Positions 29,583 through 40,240 are shown, counted from the first letter of the stretch. The stretch: DNA of 64,000 bases from an uncultured cyanobacterium (GCA_963703315.1 OY969811.1:4288001-4352000); one strand, 5' to 3'. A program made the numbers and translations. Notes: a model not told the origin generated them from the sequence alone.

Positions 29583-29750
29583 ATGCATCAAGTTGTCCTC
29601 GAAATATCTGGCAATCGCAAAGTTCATGTTATCTCTGAACATGATACTAAGGAGGAGGCTTTGAATAAGTATGTCAAGCTGGTAGAAGCAAACAAAGGTT
29701 CGCCAATTACAGCTAATGGCAAATATACTATTCGCAAAAAGCCAGTCTAG
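29583..29750 (+). CDS. Hypothetical 55-aa protein, not in the ORF track
   Basis: Manual translation MHQVVLEISGNRKVHVISEHDTKEEALNKYVKLVEANKGSPITANGKYTIRKKPV; stop is 11 nt before the J-domain gene. Confidence 0.6.
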   Translation: MHQVVLEISGNRKVHVISEHDTKEEALNKYVKLVEANKGSPITANGKYTIRKKPV

Positions 29751-29761
29751 TTATTTTCTCT

Positions 29762-30433
29762 ATGCATATATCCGAATGCTATCGACTTTTAGGAATTCCC
29801 CGCAATGCGACTTTAGATGATATTAAAGTGGCTTATCGTCGTCTTGCGAGAAAATATCATCCTGATGTCAATCAAGATGATCCTACAGCAACGGATAAAT
29901 TTCGCCTTGTGCAAGAAGCTTATAAAATGCTCAAGGATGCTGATAAGGGAGATGTCGCCAAGGATGCATTTGTGAATAACTCAGGGCGATCGCCGTCTTC
30001 CACTTCAACGCCTACACCCCACCCTCCGAAAAAGCCGCCCCATCCTAAGTCACCGCCTCCTTCCCATCCCAAAATTAAAGTTGAGGTGAAGCAGGTTAAT
30101 AATCAAGTTGATCCCATTAATAGCAATCCTGAACTCAAGCTCAAATTAGATATGCTGCGGCGTGTGCAGGATTTGCTGAAACAGAAAAAGTATATCGTCG
30201 CGATCGCCGTTGTCGAAGGAATGAGCGAGAGATTTCCCAATACTCCAGAGGTAATCCATTGGCAAGCGGTGACTTACCATCGTTGGAGCAGCGAGTTGAT
30301 TTTGAATGGGAAATTACGCGAAGCAGAAATCTATCTCAATAAAGCTTTAAATACTGATCCGAAAAATCGCGAACTTATTTTTGAAGTGAAGCGCGATTTG
30401 GAACGAGTGCAACAACTCAAAAATAAGAGCTAA
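29762..30433 (+). CDS. J-domain (DnaJ type III) protein with Pro-rich linker and TPR-like C-terminus
   Basis: Y.LLGI...A....IK.AYRRLARKYHPD; TPR-like helices. Confidence 0.9.
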   Translation: MHISECYRLLGIPRNATLDDIKVAYRRLARKYHPDVNQDDPTATDKFRLVQEAYKMLKDADKGDVAKDAFVNNSGRSPSSTSTPTPHPPKKPPHPKSPPPSHPKIKVEVKQVNNQVDPINSNPELKLKLDMLRRVQDLLKQKKYIVAIAVVEGMSERFPNTPEVIHWQAVTYHRWSSELILNGKLREAEIYLNKALNTDPKNRELIFEVKRDLERVQQLKNKS

Positions 30434-30437
30434 TACC

Positions 30438-30574
30438 AAAGCTAAAAATGGCGTTGCCATTTTTAGCTTTTATAGCCATAGACAAGCAAGTTAAAATATA
30501 AAACCAAAAGAGAGTGGCGGCGCAAAGCGCCGCCACTCTCTTTTGGTTTTCTAACATAACTGACTATAGCTATA
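30438..30574. repeat. Hairpin (30438-30470) plus a TATAGC...GCTATA-bounded element (30471-30574)
   Basis: Core aaaaccaaaagagagtggcggcgc-aaa-gcgccgccactctcttttggtttt; ends tatagccatag / ctatagctata. Confidence 0.9.
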
Positions 30575-30655
30575 AAATCCTTACGGCGATCGCAGATGGG
30601 ATTAGCGTAGAATTATTTTAGGGGATTTGGTATTCAATTATCCTAAACAAAACCA

Positions 30656-33040
30656 ATGCTATTACAAAACAGCATTTATATTGACCTCGCTATTGATCGT
30701 TACCCGATCATGATTTCTCCAGAAATTTCAGTACTGGAAGCGATTAGGTTGATGAATCAATCAATTGACTCATCAGTACTTGAAACATCTGGCAATCGCA
30801 GCAGATTACTAGAAGCTAGAGCAAGCTGTGTCTTGATAGTTCAATCCAGAAAGCTGTTAGGAATCTTTACTAAATGGGATGTACTACATCTCGTTGAACA
30901 GAACGCTGATTTTCAAAAATTGCAAATTGCTGACGTAATCATCGATCCACCGATTGTAATTAGGCGATCGCAAGTGCAAGATTTGACATTCATGCTCAAC
31001 TTATTACAGCAATTTCGCTGTCGTCATCTGCCTATACTTGATGATTGCGATCAGATAATTGGCATAGTAACTCAAGAAAGTATTCTCTTTGCCGAAAGTC
31101 AACGCACTGAAGATACGTTAAATAACATTGAAGCCCAAAAAAAAGCAGTTTTAACAGCTATTCCAGACTTGATTTATCGGATTCATGCTAATGGTACTTA
31201 TTTAGAATGCTTTTCAAGCAACTATGTTGCTGATTTACTTCCATCTGATCTCGATATTATAGGTAAACATCTTTCGGAAGTTTTACCTAAGGATCTCGCA
31301 ATCAGAAAATTACACGCGATTAATCAGGCGATCGCTACTGGTGAGATTCAGTCCTTTGAGCAGAAATGTTATATCAATGGAAAAGTACAATATGAAGAAA
31401 TTCAGGTTGTCAAAGTAAATGATCAAGAAGCCTTAACGATAATTCGCAATATTAGCAGTCATAAAGAAGCACAGGAAGCTTTACGTGAATCAGAAATGCG
31501 GTTTAGAAGTGTATTTAATACGGCAGCAGTTGCAATTTCCTTAGCGGCTCCTGACGGCAGACATATTGCCGTCAATCAAGCTCTATGTCAAATGCTCGGA
31601 TATACAGAGGTCGAACTGCAAGAATTGACATTTCAAGCTATTACCCATCCTGATGATTTAGAACTTGATCTTTATCACTATCAAAAGCTCCTCAGAAATG
31701 AAATTAATAGTTTCCATATTGAGAAGCGATTTCGCCATAAAAATGGGCAATTTATTTGGGGACTGCTGAGTGTGTCATTAGTACGCGATTCTCAGGGACA
31801 ACCTCTTTACGATATTGCCTTAATTCAAAATATCAACGAACTAAAATTTGCTCAACAAGAACTATCTAGTCTTAATCAAGAACTAGAAATTAGAATTCAG
31901 CAAAGAACAGCCGCACTTGCTGAAAGTGAAACCCGTAAACAAGAAATACTCAATGCAATTCCTGACTTAGTATTGCGTCTGAAATTGGATGGAACTTGCC
32001 TTGATTGCATATTACCGCGTATTCCAGATAAAGAAACATTTGTGCCAATATTTAATCATATTTCTGAGGTTTTATCGCCTTCAGTGCTTGCTGATCAACT
32101 TGCAGCCTCTCATCTTGCGATCGCCACAGGAGAAGTCCAAATCTACGAACACAAACTTAAGAAGTATGGTGAATGGGTATATGAGGAAGTGCGAATTAGT
32201 CCCTGTAGTAAGGATGAAGTCTTAGTATTGGTCAGGAATATCAGCGATCGCAAACAGGCTGAAGAAGCATTACAGTTAAGTAATGAGAAGTTGATTGCCA
32301 CTAATAAAGAACTAGAAAGAGTTACCCGTCTCAAGGACGAGTTTCTAGCGACGATGAGCCATGAATTGCGGACTCCTCTCAATGCAATTTTAGGGATTTC
32401 TGAAGGATTGTTAGAAGAGGTTTTTGGCGAACTTAATCAACGTCAAAACAACTCGTTAGTCACAATTCACAAAAGTGGACAACATCTTTTAGAACTGATT
32501 AATGACATATTAGATGTTGCCAAGATTGAATCAGGAATGTTTAATTTAGAGCTAACATCAGTACCAGTAAAGTATCTATGTGATGGGAGTATTAGCTTTG
32601 TTAAGCACCAAGCATCTCAAAAGAATATTCAATTAAATCTAGTGATTCATCAAGATGTACCATCTGCAATCATGATCGATGAACGCAGAATGCGGCAGTT
32701 ACTGATTAATTTGTTAAGTAATGCTGTTAAGTTTACACCGAAGGATGGCATCGTGACGCTAGAGGCGAAATTAAATGTTGGCGTAGAAAGCAAAGCTCAA
32801 AAGGAACTTATCTTTGCTGTTTCAGACACGGGTATAGGTATTGCTACGGAAGATATTCATAAACTCTTTCATCCATTTGTCCAAATTGATAGTAGCCTCA
32901 ATCGTCAATACGCAGGTACGGGATTAGGACTCAATTTAGTGAAAAAACTTGCAGAATTACATGGTGGCAAGGTGAGTGTAAAAAGCAGTATTGGGAAAGG
33001 TAGCTGCTTCACGGTTAGCTTGCCGCATAATATCAAGTGA
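30656..33040 (+). CDS. Cytoplasmic sensor histidine kinase (CBS pair, three PAS domains, HisKA, HATPase)
   Basis: CBS motifs LLGIFT and RHLPILD, PAS/PAC ITHPDD, H-box FLATMSHELRTPL, NLLSNAVKFT, DTGIGI, GTGLGL. Confidence 0.92.
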   Translation: MLLQNSIYIDLAIDRYPIMISPEISVLEAIRLMNQSIDSSVLETSGNRSRLLEARASCVLIVQSRKLLGIFTKWDVLHLVEQNADFQKLQIADVIIDPPIVIRRSQVQDLTFMLNLLQQFRCRHLPILDDCDQIIGIVTQESILFAESQRTEDTLNNIEAQKKAVLTAIPDLIYRIHANGTYLECFSSNYVADLLPSDLDIIGKHLSEVLPKDLAIRKLHAINQAIATGEIQSFEQKCYINGKVQYEEIQVVKVNDQEALTIIRNISSHKEAQEALRESEMRFRSVFNTAAVAISLAAPDGRHIAVNQALCQMLGYTEVELQELTFQAITHPDDLELDLYHYQKLLRNEINSFHIEKRFRHKNGQFIWGLLSVSLVRDSQGQPLYDIALIQNINELKFAQQELSSLNQELEIRIQQRTAALAESETRKQEILNAIPDLVLRLKLDGTCLDCILPRIPDKETFVPIFNHISEVLSPSVLADQLAASHLAIATGEVQIYEHKLKKYGEWVYEEVRISPCSKDEVLVLVRNISDRKQAEEALQLSNEKLIATNKELERVTRLKDEFLATMSHELRTPLNAILGISEGLLEEVFGELNQRQNNSLVTIHKSGQHLLELINDILDVAKIESGMFNLELTSVPVKYLCDGSISFVKHQASQKNIQLNLVIHQDVPSAIMIDERRMRQLLINLLSNAVKFTPKDGIVTLEAKLNVGVESKAQKELIFAVSDTGIGIATEDIHKLFHPFVQIDSSLNRQYAGTGLGLNLVKKLAELHGGKVSVKSSIGKGSCFTVSLPHNIK

Positions 33041-33046
33041 ATGCAG

Positions 33047-33077
33047 ATTGATAGCGGCGCTTTGCGCCGCTATCAAT
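33047..33077. terminator. Palindrome between convergent genes
   Basis: attgatagcggcgc-ttt-gcgccgctatcaat. Confidence 0.8.
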
Positions 33078-33081
33078 TTGA

Positions 33082-34287
33082 TTAGCGATGTCTAATTAGA
33101 AATGAGGGTAAATCCACCTTAGAATTTGGACGTACCGATCGCACTGGTGTTGTTTCTATCAATGCTTGGGGCGATCGCTCTGAGCCATATTCATAAACAG
33201 ACTCATCAGATTGGTTACTTTGAGTCAAATGCTTGACTGGTCTTTCCGCCAACAAACGCTCCAAAGCGCCACTAAGCTGTAAAGCATGATGCTGATGACG
33301 TACTGATTGCTCTTTCCAATGCTGAATCGCTGCCTCATATTCAGATGCTTTTGAAGCTTGATGTAGAACTTGAGACTGCAACTCTTCAATCTGTTGTTGT
33401 AAATCTTGTACTCGCGTAAGATCGCTAACATATTCATTCTCTAAACCACGCAGAGATTGTTGCAACTGTGCTTGATTGGAAAGATGCCGAATTAGTTCTT
33501 CCTCAGACTGTTCCCTTTGATTGGTGGCTTCTGATAACTTGATTTGAGCAATCTCAAGGGTTTTAGTAGATTCTTTAAGCAAAATTTGAGTTGATTCTAA
33601 CTCTTCGGTTAAGGTTTGTTGCAGAATATCTAACGCAGTATTTTTACTCTGTAATTGATTAATTAACTCAGCTTTGTCATGAATCTCTTGCAAATATTGC
33701 TGACTAATTTTCTGGGCTTCAATTTCTAGGGCGATCTCCAAACGATGCTGAAATTCTTCTTCTAGTTGTAAAACGTGAATTGCTAAGCGATCGCTTAATT
33801 CTTGATCAGCTAAAACTGGCGGATGATCTGGCAAATCTGAGATTTGTTTTTGTAGTTGTTCAAGCTGAGTGGCGAGTTCTGTAACTTGGCGATCGCGATC
33901 ATTGGTAACACTAATAATTTCTTGTTCTAGTTGATCGACATATTCACATTCAAATTGGTGTTGCGATCGCAGATCTTCGAGTTCTTTGTGGAGGCGATCG
34001 CGTTCTATAGTTAATTCGGCAATTTCAGGTGGGGGAGTTTGCTCAATATTCGGTGATGTGTGACCTAATTCAAGGGGCGCATCTACAAGCCAGTCATCAG
34101 CGAAAGCATCAACCGCAAAATCATCGACATCATCTAAATGCTCTAGCAACATATTCGTAATTTCGGCGATCGCTTGCTCTTCTAATACACCACCATTAAG
34201 GAGAGCCTCAAGCTCATCGTCTTCATTAACAGGTTCTGCCTTAACTGCAACTTCTCGTAGTGCTGCTTCGCGGTTTAATTCACTCAC
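33082..34287 (-). CDS. Acidic coiled-coil protein of unknown function
   Basis: E/Q/L-rich heptads over most of the length; GTG start at 34287 preceded by GTGAGG. Confidence 0.75.
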   Translation of the reverse strand: MSELNREAALREVAVKAEPVNEDDELEALLNGGVLEEQAIAEITNMLLEHLDDVDDFAVDAFADDWLVDAPLELGHTSPNIEQTPPPEIAELTIERDRLHKELEDLRSQHQFECEYVDQLEQEIISVTNDRDRQVTELATQLEQLQKQISDLPDHPPVLADQELSDRLAIHVLQLEEEFQHRLEIALEIEAQKISQQYLQEIHDKAELINQLQSKNTALDILQQTLTEELESTQILLKESTKTLEIAQIKLSEATNQREQSEEELIRHLSNQAQLQQSLRGLENEYVSDLTRVQDLQQQIEELQSQVLHQASKASEYEAAIQHWKEQSVRHQHHALQLSGALERLLAERPVKHLTQSNQSDESVYEYGSERSPQALIETTPVRSVRPNSKVDLPSFLIRHR

Positions 34288-34400
34288 GGATAACCTCACC
34301 TACAATACCGAGGTATTTTTACAAGACAAACATTACCAGACTTTGCCTAGTTTGCAATTATTTTTCTGATGTTCAGGGCTTTGATAGTTCTGGGGCAGAT

Positions 34401-34739
34401 TTAATTGATGATCACGCTAAAGGTTTGCGTAACCAAATTCACAAAATCCTCTGGCAAAACTTCTCCCGTTGTTTTCCACCAACGTTGATTAAGATCAAGC
34501 GATCGCACTTGCTCGGCAATAACCGAACCCTGTATTTTGAAACCTTCAGGAAGGGGAATCATCAACTTAATGTCAGGCTTAATGGTACTGGTAATTGGCA
34601 TCACAATCACAATGCCTTGACGACTGGCGTTATATTTTGTGTGACTAATTACTAGACATGGACGCGCATTGCCCGATTGCTCCCTGCCTTGAGTGGGATT
34701 CAAGTTAACTCTGATAATTTCCCCTCGTTGAATATTCAT
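34401..34739 (-). CDS. mazF: PemK/MazF family endoribonuclease toxin
   Basis: RGEII.VNLNPTQGREQSG..RPCLVIS...YN...V.PITS...EQVRSLD...R. Confidence 0.93.
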   Translation of the reverse strand: MNIQRGEIIRVNLNPTQGREQSGNARPCLVISHTKYNASRQGIVIVMPITSTIKPDIKLMIPLPEGFKIQGSVIAEQVRSLDLNQRWWKTTGEVLPEDFVNLVTQTFSVIIN

Positions 34740-34987
34740 AGTATTTCTTGACCAACTGGTTCACTGGCTATGAAATCATTTACATCTTCGGGGTAACGAA
34801 AATCATTAGGAATTGTTGATAGCAACTCATCAAGAGTTAATGTTTTTGTCTTTTTCGTAATTATTAGGGTTCCCTTGAACTCCGTAAGTTCAATTGTTGA
34901 ATTTTCATCAATCCCAAAACTCTCAGCGATTTTGTGTGGAATTAGGAATCCAATACTATTTCCCCATTTTTTAAGTTGAATATCCAT
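34736..34987 (-). CDS. mazE: AbrB/MazE antitoxin
   Basis: LKKWGNSIGFLIP...TLDELL...PVGQE; 4-nt overlap with mazF; start trimmed to the ATG at 34987. Confidence 0.9.
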   Translation of the reverse strand: MDIQLKKWGNSIGFLIPHKIAESFGIDENSTIELTEFKGTLIITKKTKTLTLDELLSTIPNDFRYPEDVNDFIASEPVGQEIL

Positions 34988-35009
34988 AGAATTAATGATA
35001 GTCAATTAG

Positions 35010-35024
35010 TTATACAATGTATAA
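35010..35024. promoter_or_regulatory. Probable mazEF operator palindrome
   Basis: TTATACA-a-TGTATAA just upstream of mazE. Confidence 0.6.
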
Positions 35025-35145
35025 TAACATTCTAAACCTGTGATTGTGGTTATCATGTTGTTTTAAATCAACTTGCCAAATTAGCGATCGCCTTAAGCAG
35101 ACCAAATAGCCAATAATAGTAGGATAGCTCCTACTAACTCAATAT

Positions 35146-36255
35146 ATGTTAAACAGAATCTACATAGATAATTTTCGCTCTCTTGTCAATTTTGAGATTT
35201 CCTTTGATTCTATTAACCTATTCCTAGGTGCAAATGGTTCAGGTAAATCAACTGTCTTTGATGCTATTCATAAGATTAAAGTATTAACTTCAGGTACATC
35301 CAAATTAGAGACTTTATTTGTTGTTACTGATTGCTGTCGCTGGCAGATATCTAAAGTTCAAAATTTTGAGATAGAAATAAATGGGAATGGAGGTATATAC
35401 AAATATGAACTTTCTATAAATCATGATAGTCAACACAAAACAGCTATTGTCTATGAACGACTATGGTTTAATAATAACCCCTTACTGAAGTTTGATTTAG
35501 GAGACCTTTATATATACAATGACGATCATATAGAAACATCAAGAATTACTGAATTTACTCCACTAACATCAGTGATTGCTCTTTTTGCTCCTTTACACAA
35601 AAAATCATCTTGGTTTCAAACATATATATCTAAATTTATAGTCATACAGATTGTTCCATCTTTGATGGTCAATAGTAGTGATTGGGAGACTTTTTCTGTA
35701 TCTCCTAACATGGAAAACTATGCATCTTGGTATAGATACCTTTCACAAGATCAAGGAAAAATATTTGAGATTACAAAAATTTTAAGAGATGTTTTAGATA
35801 AATTTTTAGCATTTAAATTTGAAAGATATAGTGATGTAGATTATGCTCTAAAGCTAGTCTTTACAAGTGAACTATATGACAAAAAAATAATTGAATATTA
35901 CTTTGATGAACTGTCTGATGGGCAAAGAGTAATTATAGCTTTATATACATTAATCTATGGAACTCAGAATGAAGACTATACATTATTAATTGATGAGCCA
36001 GAAAACTTTTTAGCACTACCAGAAGTACAACCTTGGCTAGATCAATTGTATGATCTTTGTAGTGAAAAGAAGTTGCAAGCTATTCTCATTTCTCACCATC
36101 CTAAACTCATTAATTTTCTAGCAGCAGATGCAGGCTACTGGTTTGAACGCAAGGGCAATTCTCCAGTAAGAGTTAGGCGGATCAAAGACGAGGATGATAC
36201 TGGATTACCAATCTCTGACCTAGTAGAACGTGGTTGGCTGTATGACCCAGAATAG
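35146..36255 (+). CDS. AAA_21/AAA_15 family ABC-type ATPase
   Basis: IDNFRS, Walker A GANGSGKS, signature LSDGQR, Walker B LLIDEPE, H-loop SHHP; visibly AT-rich. Confidence 0.9.
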   Translation: MLNRIYIDNFRSLVNFEISFDSINLFLGANGSGKSTVFDAIHKIKVLTSGTSKLETLFVVTDCCRWQISKVQNFEIEINGNGGIYKYELSINHDSQHKTAIVYERLWFNNNPLLKFDLGDLYIYNDDHIETSRITEFTPLTSVIALFAPLHKKSSWFQTYISKFIVIQIVPSLMVNSSDWETFSVSPNMENYASWYRYLSQDQGKIFEITKILRDVLDKFLAFKFERYSDVDYALKLVFTSELYDKKIIEYYFDELSDGQRVIIALYTLIYGTQNEDYTLLIDEPENFLALPEVQPWLDQLYDLCSEKKLQAILISHHPKLINFLAADAGYWFERKGNSPVRVRRIKDEDDTGLPISDLVERGWLYDPE

Positions 36256-36772
36256 ACAAACTATCGTAATTTTATGTGAGGATAGCCAGCAGTATCTCTT
36301 TGCTCGATATTTTCTCCAGAGAAAAGGATTTACTGGACACTTTGTAGCTCAAATCTGCCCTAGTGGAAAACAATCGGGAGAGCAATACGTTCGTGAAAAC
36401 TATGCAGCAGAAGTTAAAGGCTATCGTAGCCAAAAAAATCGAAAAAAAATTTGCTTGGTAGTGGTTATCGATGCAGATACACTTACTGTTGCAGAACGGA
36501 TTCGGCAATTGGAGATGACTCTGCAAGAAAAACGTCAGCTTAAAGAGAATATCGCAATATTTGTCCCCAAAAGAAATATTGAGACTTGGATACATTATCT
36601 CCAATCAGGAGAACCTATTGATGAAATTGCTGCTTATAGCAAACTTATAAATCAAGGAGAATGCAAGCCATTTGTTGAAAAGCTAGCCGATCAATGTGTA
36701 CAAAGTTTACCTACTAATGCACCGCCATCACTGCATGATGCTTGTATGGAACTAAAGCGAATCATTGAGTAG
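36242..36772 (+). CDS. TOPRIM-like protein (DUF4276/DUF4435/RloB-like), partner of the ATPase
   Basis: ILCED...VVIDAD...RNIETW fits the TOPRIM E...DxD...E pattern; overlaps the ATPase stop. Confidence 0.65.
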   Translation: MTQNRQTIVILCEDSQQYLFARYFLQRKGFTGHFVAQICPSGKQSGEQYVRENYAAEVKGYRSQKNRKKICLVVVIDADTLTVAERIRQLEMTLQEKRQLKENIAIFVPKRNIETWIHYLQSGEPIDEIAAYSKLINQGECKPFVEKLADQCVQSLPTNAPPSLHDACMELKRIIE

Positions 36773-37537
36773 TTGTTTGATTCTTTCGGGACTTAATATA
36801 TTTATATATCTTTCCAAAGCAAATAAAACTTTTTCAGCAATTAGCAAAACAAAATCTTCTTTATTCCTCTCAGATTGTACCTTTTCTAAAGCGTCATAAT
36901 AAGCCATCCGACTATCATAATCACCACCAATAATTGCTAAGGGAAAACCATATTGCAACAGAATTAAATTCATGATTAAGCGCGAAGTTCTACCATTGCC
37001 ATCAATAAAAGGATGAATAGTCACTAACCTTTCGTGCATTTCTGCTGCTAAAACTACTGGATGCAGATGATCCTTTGCTTGATCATAAAATCGGAAATAT
37101 TCCTCCATCAAATCCTGTAATAAATAGGGTTGTGGCGGTAAATGCTTACTTCCTGCGATCGCTACGGGTAACTTACGATAAACTCCTGCATTTTCGCGAT
37201 CGATTCCATACAGGACTATTCCATGAATTTGTTTAAGAATATATTCTGACAAATCGACCTTTTGAGAAACAAGATCATCAATAAACAAAATTGCCTCTTT
37301 ATGATTAATTGCTTCCAAATGCTCACGCATACTCTTGCCACTAATCGTCATTCCTTCATTGATGACTAATTGAGTTTCACGTAACGTTAAAGTATTACCT
37401 TCGATGCGATTACTTTCATACAAAAATTCAACTTCTAAAGCTTCTTTAATCGTGGCATTATCTAAAGATTGACGCAAAATATCTAGCTCTACTTTGAGTC
37501 GATCAATATCAGCAAGGATTGATTCTATTGTTCTCAT
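36752..37537 (-). CDS. Fic family AMP transferase (class II, N-terminal autoinhibitory motif)
   Basis: HPFIDGNGRTSR catalytic motif and SNRIEGN inhibitory motif; start trimmed to the ATG at 37537. Confidence 0.92.
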   Translation of the reverse strand: MRTIESILADIDRLKVELDILRQSLDNATIKEALEVEFLYESNRIEGNTLTLRETQLVINEGMTISGKSMREHLEAINHKEAILFIDDLVSQKVDLSEYILKQIHGIVLYGIDRENAGVYRKLPVAIAGSKHLPPQPYLLQDLMEEYFRFYDQAKDHLHPVVLAAEMHERLVTIHPFIDGNGRTSRLIMNLILLQYGFPLAIIGGDYDSRMAYYDALEKVQSERNKEDFVLLIAEKVLFALERYINILSPERIKQLLNDSL

Positions 37538-37553
37538 AAATTCAGAATGTAAA

Positions 37554-39053
37554 TTACATCGCACCTAAAGCCTTTAACAAAGCTGCAAATTTAATCGTAG
37601 TTTCACTTTGCTCATTTTCCACTTGCGAATTTGCCACAATTCCTGCACCTGCAAAAATTCTTGCCCGATCGCCTTGAATATATCCCGATCTAATTCCGAC
37701 ACCAAAAGTCCCTTCACCATTACTATTTAGCCAACCAATTGGAGCCGCATACCAACCGCGATCGCAAGCCTCCCATTGCTGCATAAAACAAACTGCGCGA
37801 TCTCGTGGCACACCACCCACTGCCGCCGTCGGATGTAACTGCTGTAAAATATCGAGAGCAATTAACCAATCGGGATTATTAATTTGAGCCGTAATCGGTG
37901 TGTGTAAATGCTGCACATTAGATAGTTTGAGCAAACTTGTTTTTACACGCGGATCGATCGCTGCTCCCATACTTTGAAGGCGATCGCAAATGGAACGAAT
38001 CACAAACTGATGCTCGCGCATATCTTTGTCACTATTGAGCAAATAATCACCTAGCATTTGATCTTCTTGCACTGATTTACCACGCTGAATTGAACCTGCT
38101 AGGGCATCACTGCGTAAACAGAGGCGATCGCCTTGCATTTTAAATTGCAAAACCACTTCAGGAGTTGCACCCAAAAATGTTTTTCCCATGCCGCAATCTA
38201 ACAAAAAAGAGATGCACTCAGGATATTCACAGCGCAAGACGTGCAGCACCTGAAACGGGTCAAAATCGCGATCGGCAAGAACATCGATCGCCCTTGCTAA
38301 GACGACTTTTTGGAAATGACCTTGATTAATTAAAGTTAAAGCTTGCTCGACAATTTTTGTCCAAACCTGTGACCCTTGCACCTCAATAATTTTACTTACT
38401 TCATGTAAAGTCGGTGCTTGGTAATGGGAGCTTTCATGCAAATGCGATCGCATATTTTGTAAAAGTTCCAACACTTCATCAGCATCATCCCAAGGCTGAA
38501 TGTAATGATTTAAAGTTAAAGTGCAGTTGGTCGAGCTATGACGCACCATCCACCGAGGAATAAAGAATAGGAGTGTGGGAAACTCAATCTCCGTGGGTTC
38601 AATCGGCATCTGTGGAAAATCGAGACATTCATCGCCATCACTACCATTGCGATAAAATGAAAACGCCCCAAAAATATGAATAGAACTTGCCGATGCTGAT
38701 AATTCCAGATCGGGATTTTGAGCGATGATCGCTTTATCTAAATGCTTCTTAATAAATTTCTTGACACAAGCAAAGCGATCGCTTAAATCATGGTTTGGAA
38801 CAGGTGTCTGAGCAATCGATCCCGCGCCTGCTAAAACCAAATTAGTATTTGGACGTTCCCAGTAAAATTTGGGCTGTTGGGGATCAGACTTACTTGCCAA
38901 CAACAATAAAGGATTATTGCACTCCCAATTTTGAGAGTAACTAAATAAAATCGATGATCCTGTGATCTGCGCTTTAGCGATCGCTTTAACAATCCAATCG
39001 TGCAGAGATTTAGAATCGATGTTGCTATAAGTGACACTCTGACGAACTTGCAT
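37554..39053 (-). CDS. menF: Isochorismate synthase
   Basis: KVVLAR, FLGATPE, ALAGS..RG, KDMREH, QHLHTPI, LHPTAAVGG, RGWYAAPIGW, AGAGIV. Confidence 0.88.
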   Translation of the reverse strand: MQVRQSVTYSNIDSKSLHDWIVKAIAKAQITGSSILFSYSQNWECNNPLLLLASKSDPQQPKFYWERPNTNLVLAGAGSIAQTPVPNHDLSDRFACVKKFIKKHLDKAIIAQNPDLELSASASSIHIFGAFSFYRNGSDGDECLDFPQMPIEPTEIEFPTLLFFIPRWMVRHSSTNCTLTLNHYIQPWDDADEVLELLQNMRSHLHESSHYQAPTLHEVSKIIEVQGSQVWTKIVEQALTLINQGHFQKVVLARAIDVLADRDFDPFQVLHVLRCEYPECISFLLDCGMGKTFLGATPEVVLQFKMQGDRLCLRSDALAGSIQRGKSVQEDQMLGDYLLNSDKDMREHQFVIRSICDRLQSMGAAIDPRVKTSLLKLSNVQHLHTPITAQINNPDWLIALDILQQLHPTAAVGGVPRDRAVCFMQQWEACDRGWYAAPIGWLNSNGEGTFGVGIRSGYIQGDRARIFAGAGIVANSQVENEQSETTIKFAALLKALGAM

Positions 39054-39133
39054 GATTATATTTTAGCCATACAACGCCGTTCAGCCACAAAAAGCCTTTG
39101 ATAAATTAGAGAGGTTGACTACGCCCCTTGAAT

Positions 39134-40240
39134 TTATGCAACTAGGTCGTCACCCGTAGCACTTGCCAATTCCTGTAAACGCTCCTGTTGATCTTTAGAA
39201 ATACAACTTTGAATTACTTCCTCCAATTCACCTTCCAGAATTGGGGGCAAAGTAAAGTTCTGTCCCAGACGATGCTCCGTGAGGCGACTATCTTTATAGT
39301 TATAAGTGCGAATTTTTTCGGAGCGAGAACCAGTACCAACCTGCGATCGCCGCATGGATGTAATTTCGGCTTGTTGTTCTCGCAACTTGATTTCATAGAG
39401 CTTTGCCCGCAAAATCTGCATTGCGCGCTCTTTGTTTTGTAACTGCGATCGCTCTTCCGTACAGAAAATTCTAATCCCCGTCGGTTTGTGAAATAAGTCG
39501 GCGGCTGTTTCCACCTTGTTGACGTTCTGACCGCCCGCACCACCCGATCGCGCCGTGGACATTTCAATATCTTTAGGATCGATATGCACTTCAACCGCAT
39601 CTACTTCGGGCATCACTGCCACTGTTGCTGTTGATGTATGCACACGTCCTTGTGACTCAGTTGCTGGGACGCGCTGAACTCGATGCACGCCTGACTCAAA
39701 CTTGAGTTTGCTATAAACGCGATCGCCCTGCACTTCAATGATCGCTTCTTTAAAGCCACCCATTTCTGCCAAAGTCTCACTGACCATCTTCACTCGCCAG
39801 CCTTGACGCTCGGCATAGCGCGTATATAGCCGCACCAAATCTCCAGCCCAGATTCCAGCCTCATCACCACCTGTACCCGCACGAATTTCCAGCATGATGT
39901 TCTTGTCATCATTAGGATCTTGGGGTAGTAATAAGATTTGGAGTTTCTGCTCTAGTTCTTCTAATTTAGTGGATAATTCCTCGACCTCCAGAGCCGCCAT
40001 TTCCTTAAGTTCAGGGTCATTAGACTCCTTCAGGATTTCTTGTGACTCTTTATAATCCTGCTCCGCCTTCCGAAAAGTCTCGTAGGTCAGTACTGTCTCT
40101 TCCAACGAAGCCCGCACCTTCGCAATGCGCTGAAACTCGCCGTGATCGGTCGCCACGTCAGGATCACCCATCCGACGAGTCAGTTCATTGAAGGTTTGTT
40201 CAACAGATTCAAGCTTTTTGATTAAATAAGCAGCAGGCAT
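39134..40240 (-). CDS. prfA: Peptide chain release factor 1
   Basis: GGQ motif, VPAT (RF1 PxT motif), RSEKIRTYN. Confidence 0.96.
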   Translation of the reverse strand: MPAAYLIKKLESVEQTFNELTRRMGDPDVATDHGEFQRIAKVRASLEETVLTYETFRKAEQDYKESQEILKESNDPELKEMAALEVEELSTKLEELEQKLQILLLPQDPNDDKNIMLEIRAGTGGDEAGIWAGDLVRLYTRYAERQGWRVKMVSETLAEMGGFKEAIIEVQGDRVYSKLKFESGVHRVQRVPATESQGRVHTSTATVAVMPEVDAVEVHIDPKDIEMSTARSGGAGGQNVNKVETAADLFHKPTGIRIFCTEERSQLQNKERAMQILRAKLYEIKLREQQAEITSMRRSQVGTGSRSEKIRTYNYKDSRLTEHRLGQNFTLPPILEGELEEVIQSCISKDQQERLQELASATGDDLVA

